Assembly (NCBI GenBank): GCA_044892525.1 | Contig: CM097885.1 | Span: forward strand, 34,412,001 to 34,476,000 | Direction: 5' to 3' | DNA from: Schmidtea polychroa | Lineage: Eukaryota | DNA length: 64,000 nt | Part shown: one piece after another, positions 60,740-64,000 of the stretch | How positions within the stretch are numbered: the first letter of the stretch is position 1 | Layout: each line of letters starts with the position of its first letter | Notes under the pieces: model-generated | What the model was told of the DNA's origin: nothing | What the model saw: the letters and a program-made list of their open reading frames with translations, nothing else | Databases searched by the model: none | Program-made: the position numbers and the translations under genes

Positions 60740-61230
60740 GATAATGCAAAAATTTTGTTATTATATAAAAATTTTGTCTTGAATTCCCTTCCACAAACTT
60801 CACATGACCTTATCTCAAATTCTTGTTTTCGTTTCACTCCATTACATTTTTCATAATATAAGTGAAAAAAATTCTTCAAATACTTATTTCCACATTTTTC
60901 ACAAACCACTGAGTTTTCATCACTCAACTCAGTACAGTAATACCCCGTTTTACGTACACTAAAATAAAAGTATAAAACTACATGCATAATATCCCTCTTT
61001 TTCTTTTTCATTTTATTTATGTTTATTGTTTTAGTTTATTTCAAACATATTATTCATCAATAAAAGCAGTAGATTCATTTTACGTACATTTTTGTTTTAC
61101 GTACACGCTCCGGTCCCAAAGTGTACGTAAGTGCGGGGTATTACTGTAGTTTGTAATAAATATTCTTTCTTTCCTTGAAGGTTCAACAAAGCCCTATTAT
61201 TTTTAAAAGAATTTTTTCAGTTTTCATAAT
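60740..61230 (-). pseudogene. Relic Polinton pPolB N-terminal zinc-finger region, split by a MITE
   Basis: Ungapped similarity to the 4955/5017 pol N-terminus (FKN..LL..LSDENS..CEKC..CEVC). Confidence 0.65.
60935..61146. mobile_element. Tigger-type MITE, 212 bp
   Basis: CAGTAATACCCCG..CGGGGTATTACTG; TA TSDs. Confidence 0.88.
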
Positions 61231-61620
61231 ATAATTTTAGCAATTTTTGAGCACTTTTCGATATTTTAAATTTTAGACCAATAGATCAATAATTAATAGA
61301 TCAATAAACTCAGAACTATCGATTATAAAAGGCTATTTTTTATTTATAAAATAAAAGCAAAAAATGAAAGAATTCAAAGAAATTAAAGAATTTATATATA
61401 ATTTTTTAAAAACTTTTGTTTTATAGGAATTTTAATATTATTAATGCATATTATTATTTCTTTAGGTTTTTATGTTTCTAAAGAAATTCGAGAAATAAAA
61501 TAAAATGTTAATGATGCTCTTCACTTCAAAGAATTTCCTATTTTAGAGCAGAACCAAGCGAGGGACGATAAATTGAATAAATTGGATAAATCGGATGATA
61601 TTTACAATAAATTCATGAAA

Positions 61621-62737
61621 ATAGATGGTCACATAATAATTTATGGAACAACTGATAGTGGAAAAACAACATCTCTCTCTCTCTCTCTATCTATTCTGCA
61701 ATGATAGATATGAATGGGAAGATTACATAAATATATTTGCCTCTGATGATTTAGAATTATTGAAGAAAGTTGAAGATTTTAGAGGAGAGCCTAATAAAAA
61801 AAACATTGATTATTTTAGATGATATGGAAAATTTGATTAACCATTTGCCGGGCGCGCGCTCAAATATGAGTGCAAAAAATGTGTACCATTTCGGGCGAGC
61901 GCAAACTCATATAGAAAAAATATTGTCCTTTGAATAAGAAATCTGATCCCGGGCGTGGACTAACATATGAGCGATATTTCGAACAACATTATTTTACGAT
62001 ATTTATGTTCTAAACTGCCATTTCTTAGGTCATTTTTTTTATAAACACATGTGAATTTTCGGCTATACACACATGAATTCCAGGTTCGTGTTTTTTTCAT
62101 ATTTTCTAAAATATCAGTTGTCCAATAACCACGCGCGCGACTGCATCGTTTTTGAATTGTTTCACTTCGTTCTTCGGACATTTCGTGTTTTTCAAACTGT
62201 TTTTTTGTTTGTGTGTGTGTGTGCACTTTGAACTATTTCATTTTTAACTGTTAAAAATATATTTTATTGATTTATAAAATGGGTTCATCGAGCGGGTTCA
62301 TTATTTATAGCCTCACAGTTGACTAATTTTATGATGGGACTCTTATTTAATATACTAAGAGATGATATCTACACAGTGGCTCTTATTTTTTTTATATAAT
62401 AACAATAATTAATAATTAGTGAATACAAACTCGGAAAATTAAAAAAATATATTTACGTTATATTTTGATTATATACTATTAATTAATGATTTAAAAAAAT
62501 AGTTTTTTTTACCGAAAACATGAAAAAAAAATCGCCCGGCAAGTGGTTAATCAAAAAGATATTTCAGACAATTTTACAAATGTTCGATATGATTATATAC
62601 AAATAATATTTTTAGCACATAAAGCGAAGAATGTAGATAATAAAATAAGGGTAAATACGAAAATTATTTATATATCAACAGATAATAATGATATATTTTT
62701 AAAGGACTTAATTGATTGTAATTATGAGGAAGATTGA
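61621..62737 (+). pseudogene. Relic Polinton-type packaging ATPase, split by a piggyBac MITE
   Basis: HIIIYGTTDSGKTT; LIILDDMENL|INQKDISDNFTNVRY..IIFLAH..IRVN. Confidence 0.7.
61841..62546. mobile_element. Non-autonomous piggyBac-type element, 706 bp
   Basis: TTAA TSDs (61837-61840, 62547-62550); TIR CCA(T/C)TTGCCGGGCG. Confidence 0.88.
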
Positions 62738-64000
62738 AGATTCTAAAAGTTTTAATTAGAAATTTTGTTAAATTTTAAAAATATTTTTATCCAAATATAT
62801 ATTAAAAAGAAGATTGAAAATTAACATTTTTAAACATATTTTTATCGAAAAATATTTTAAAAGAAAAATTGAAATTTGTTTAAATAAGAAACAATAAAAA
62901 AGATAAGTTTTGAGTGTATAATTTATTAAATAAAATTTATGGAATTATTTAGTGATTTGCAAAAATATATTAATGTTCTAACGGATGAGAATTTTAATAG
63001 GAATTATTAAAATTATTTTAAGGAAACGAAATTTTATATTGTTTATGATAAATATCTCAACAAAATTTAGAATAGTAATGACATCATCTTTGCAAAAGAT
63101 TACCATATTTCGAAATATTTAAATGTTGAAAAATTATCAGATATTGAACTAGGAGAAATTAAAACCTTCTTAGAAAAGGAAATCTGAATTTCCCTAAATT
63201 TAAAAAGATTATTATTATAAGTCAAATAAGTCAATGAAAATCCCTGATATTGTTCATAATGTTACTATAACTATAAAACCTATACTTAAAGGATATATTT
63301 GATATTAATGAAATGTTATCAAAATGGAATGTATTATAAGTAAAGAAGATAGATTTAAAAATAAAATACTTTTACGAAAACATATGAAGGAGTGTGAATC
63401 GGATTGACAAGCGGATAAATCGAACAAGATCAGATAACAAGCGCAAAATTAATTAAAATTTACTAAAAATCAATATCGGATATGATTGAACGCTAAATTG
63501 ATAGACGAGTTCAAAAATTATAATGAAAATTTAATAAGTGAAAGTTAATGCGAAAAAAATAATTAATTAATCGGTAGTGGAAAGCCGGAGCCCATGGGAA
63601 ACACGAGCGCCGAAGGAAACCAGATGAGCTGTGAGACCCGAGCAGTGAGATAAAAGAGGGAATATTTGGAGCCCTAATTAAGGGTAAACAAATTAAAACA
63701 ATCAAAATTTTAGGATTCCCGGGAAAATAATTAAACGCAAATAATTAAGCCTCTCATAAACAGTATAAAAAGAGAGTTCAGAAGTGAACAAGCCGCCATT
63801 TGGTCGAAGAGAAAAAGAAAGAAGAGAAGCAGAAATCTTGCGATCAGTGATCGAGTGGAAAAGTATCTGGAGAGAAAGGTGCAAATAAGTGACAAAATGT
63901 TAAAAAAATGATAATATATTTATTTTTATTATTACTAACAATAGTTATTTGTTATTATAGTTTTTTATATTATCTAGTTATTATGCATCAAGTTATGATT

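Noticed and set aside
63400..63900. Purine-rich LTR-like stretch
   Set aside because: Only a compositional resemblance to 3099-3689; no termini or TSD identified.

Overview
AT-rich eukaryotic DNA, probably from an invertebrate (a planarian-like host is my guess, not shown), made almost entirely of nested mobile elements. (1) 3690-18853: a young, nearly intact 15.2-kb Maverick/Polinton (adintovirus-like) with AGTAGT termini, a 6-bp CGGCAA target-site duplication (TSD) and ~1.2-kb terminal inverted repeats (TIRs). It encodes a protein-primed PolB, penton, adenain, core proteins, packaging ATPase, major capsid protein and a zinc finger-phospholipase A2-integrase fusion. Each TIR carries two tandem tRNA-like Pol III units reminiscent of adenovirus VA RNAs. 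It sits inside a solo LTR, which sits inside a Buster-type hAT relic. (2) 20163-36100: a decayed Gypsy element split by two nested, oppositely oriented ~5.8-6.0-kb TG..CA elements with 4-bp TSDs, most simply giant solo LTRs. Each carries a homologous spliced coiled-coil gene and a ~220-nt terminal RNA structure with compensatory base changes that ends in a 7-bp stem plus ACCA. (3) 36600-43430: hAT and Tigger relics, followed by an orphan 431-aa ORF at 43726-45021. (4) 46383-60381: a 14.0-kb gene-free palindrome built largely from satellites, with Maverick-type AGTAG..CTACT termini and a 6-bp GATATC TSD. It is a candidate size-matched non-autonomous or defective-interfering Polinton satellite. 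(5) 60700-62740: relics of a second Polinton interrupted by MITEs. All calls come from reading motifs by eye; no database searches were run.
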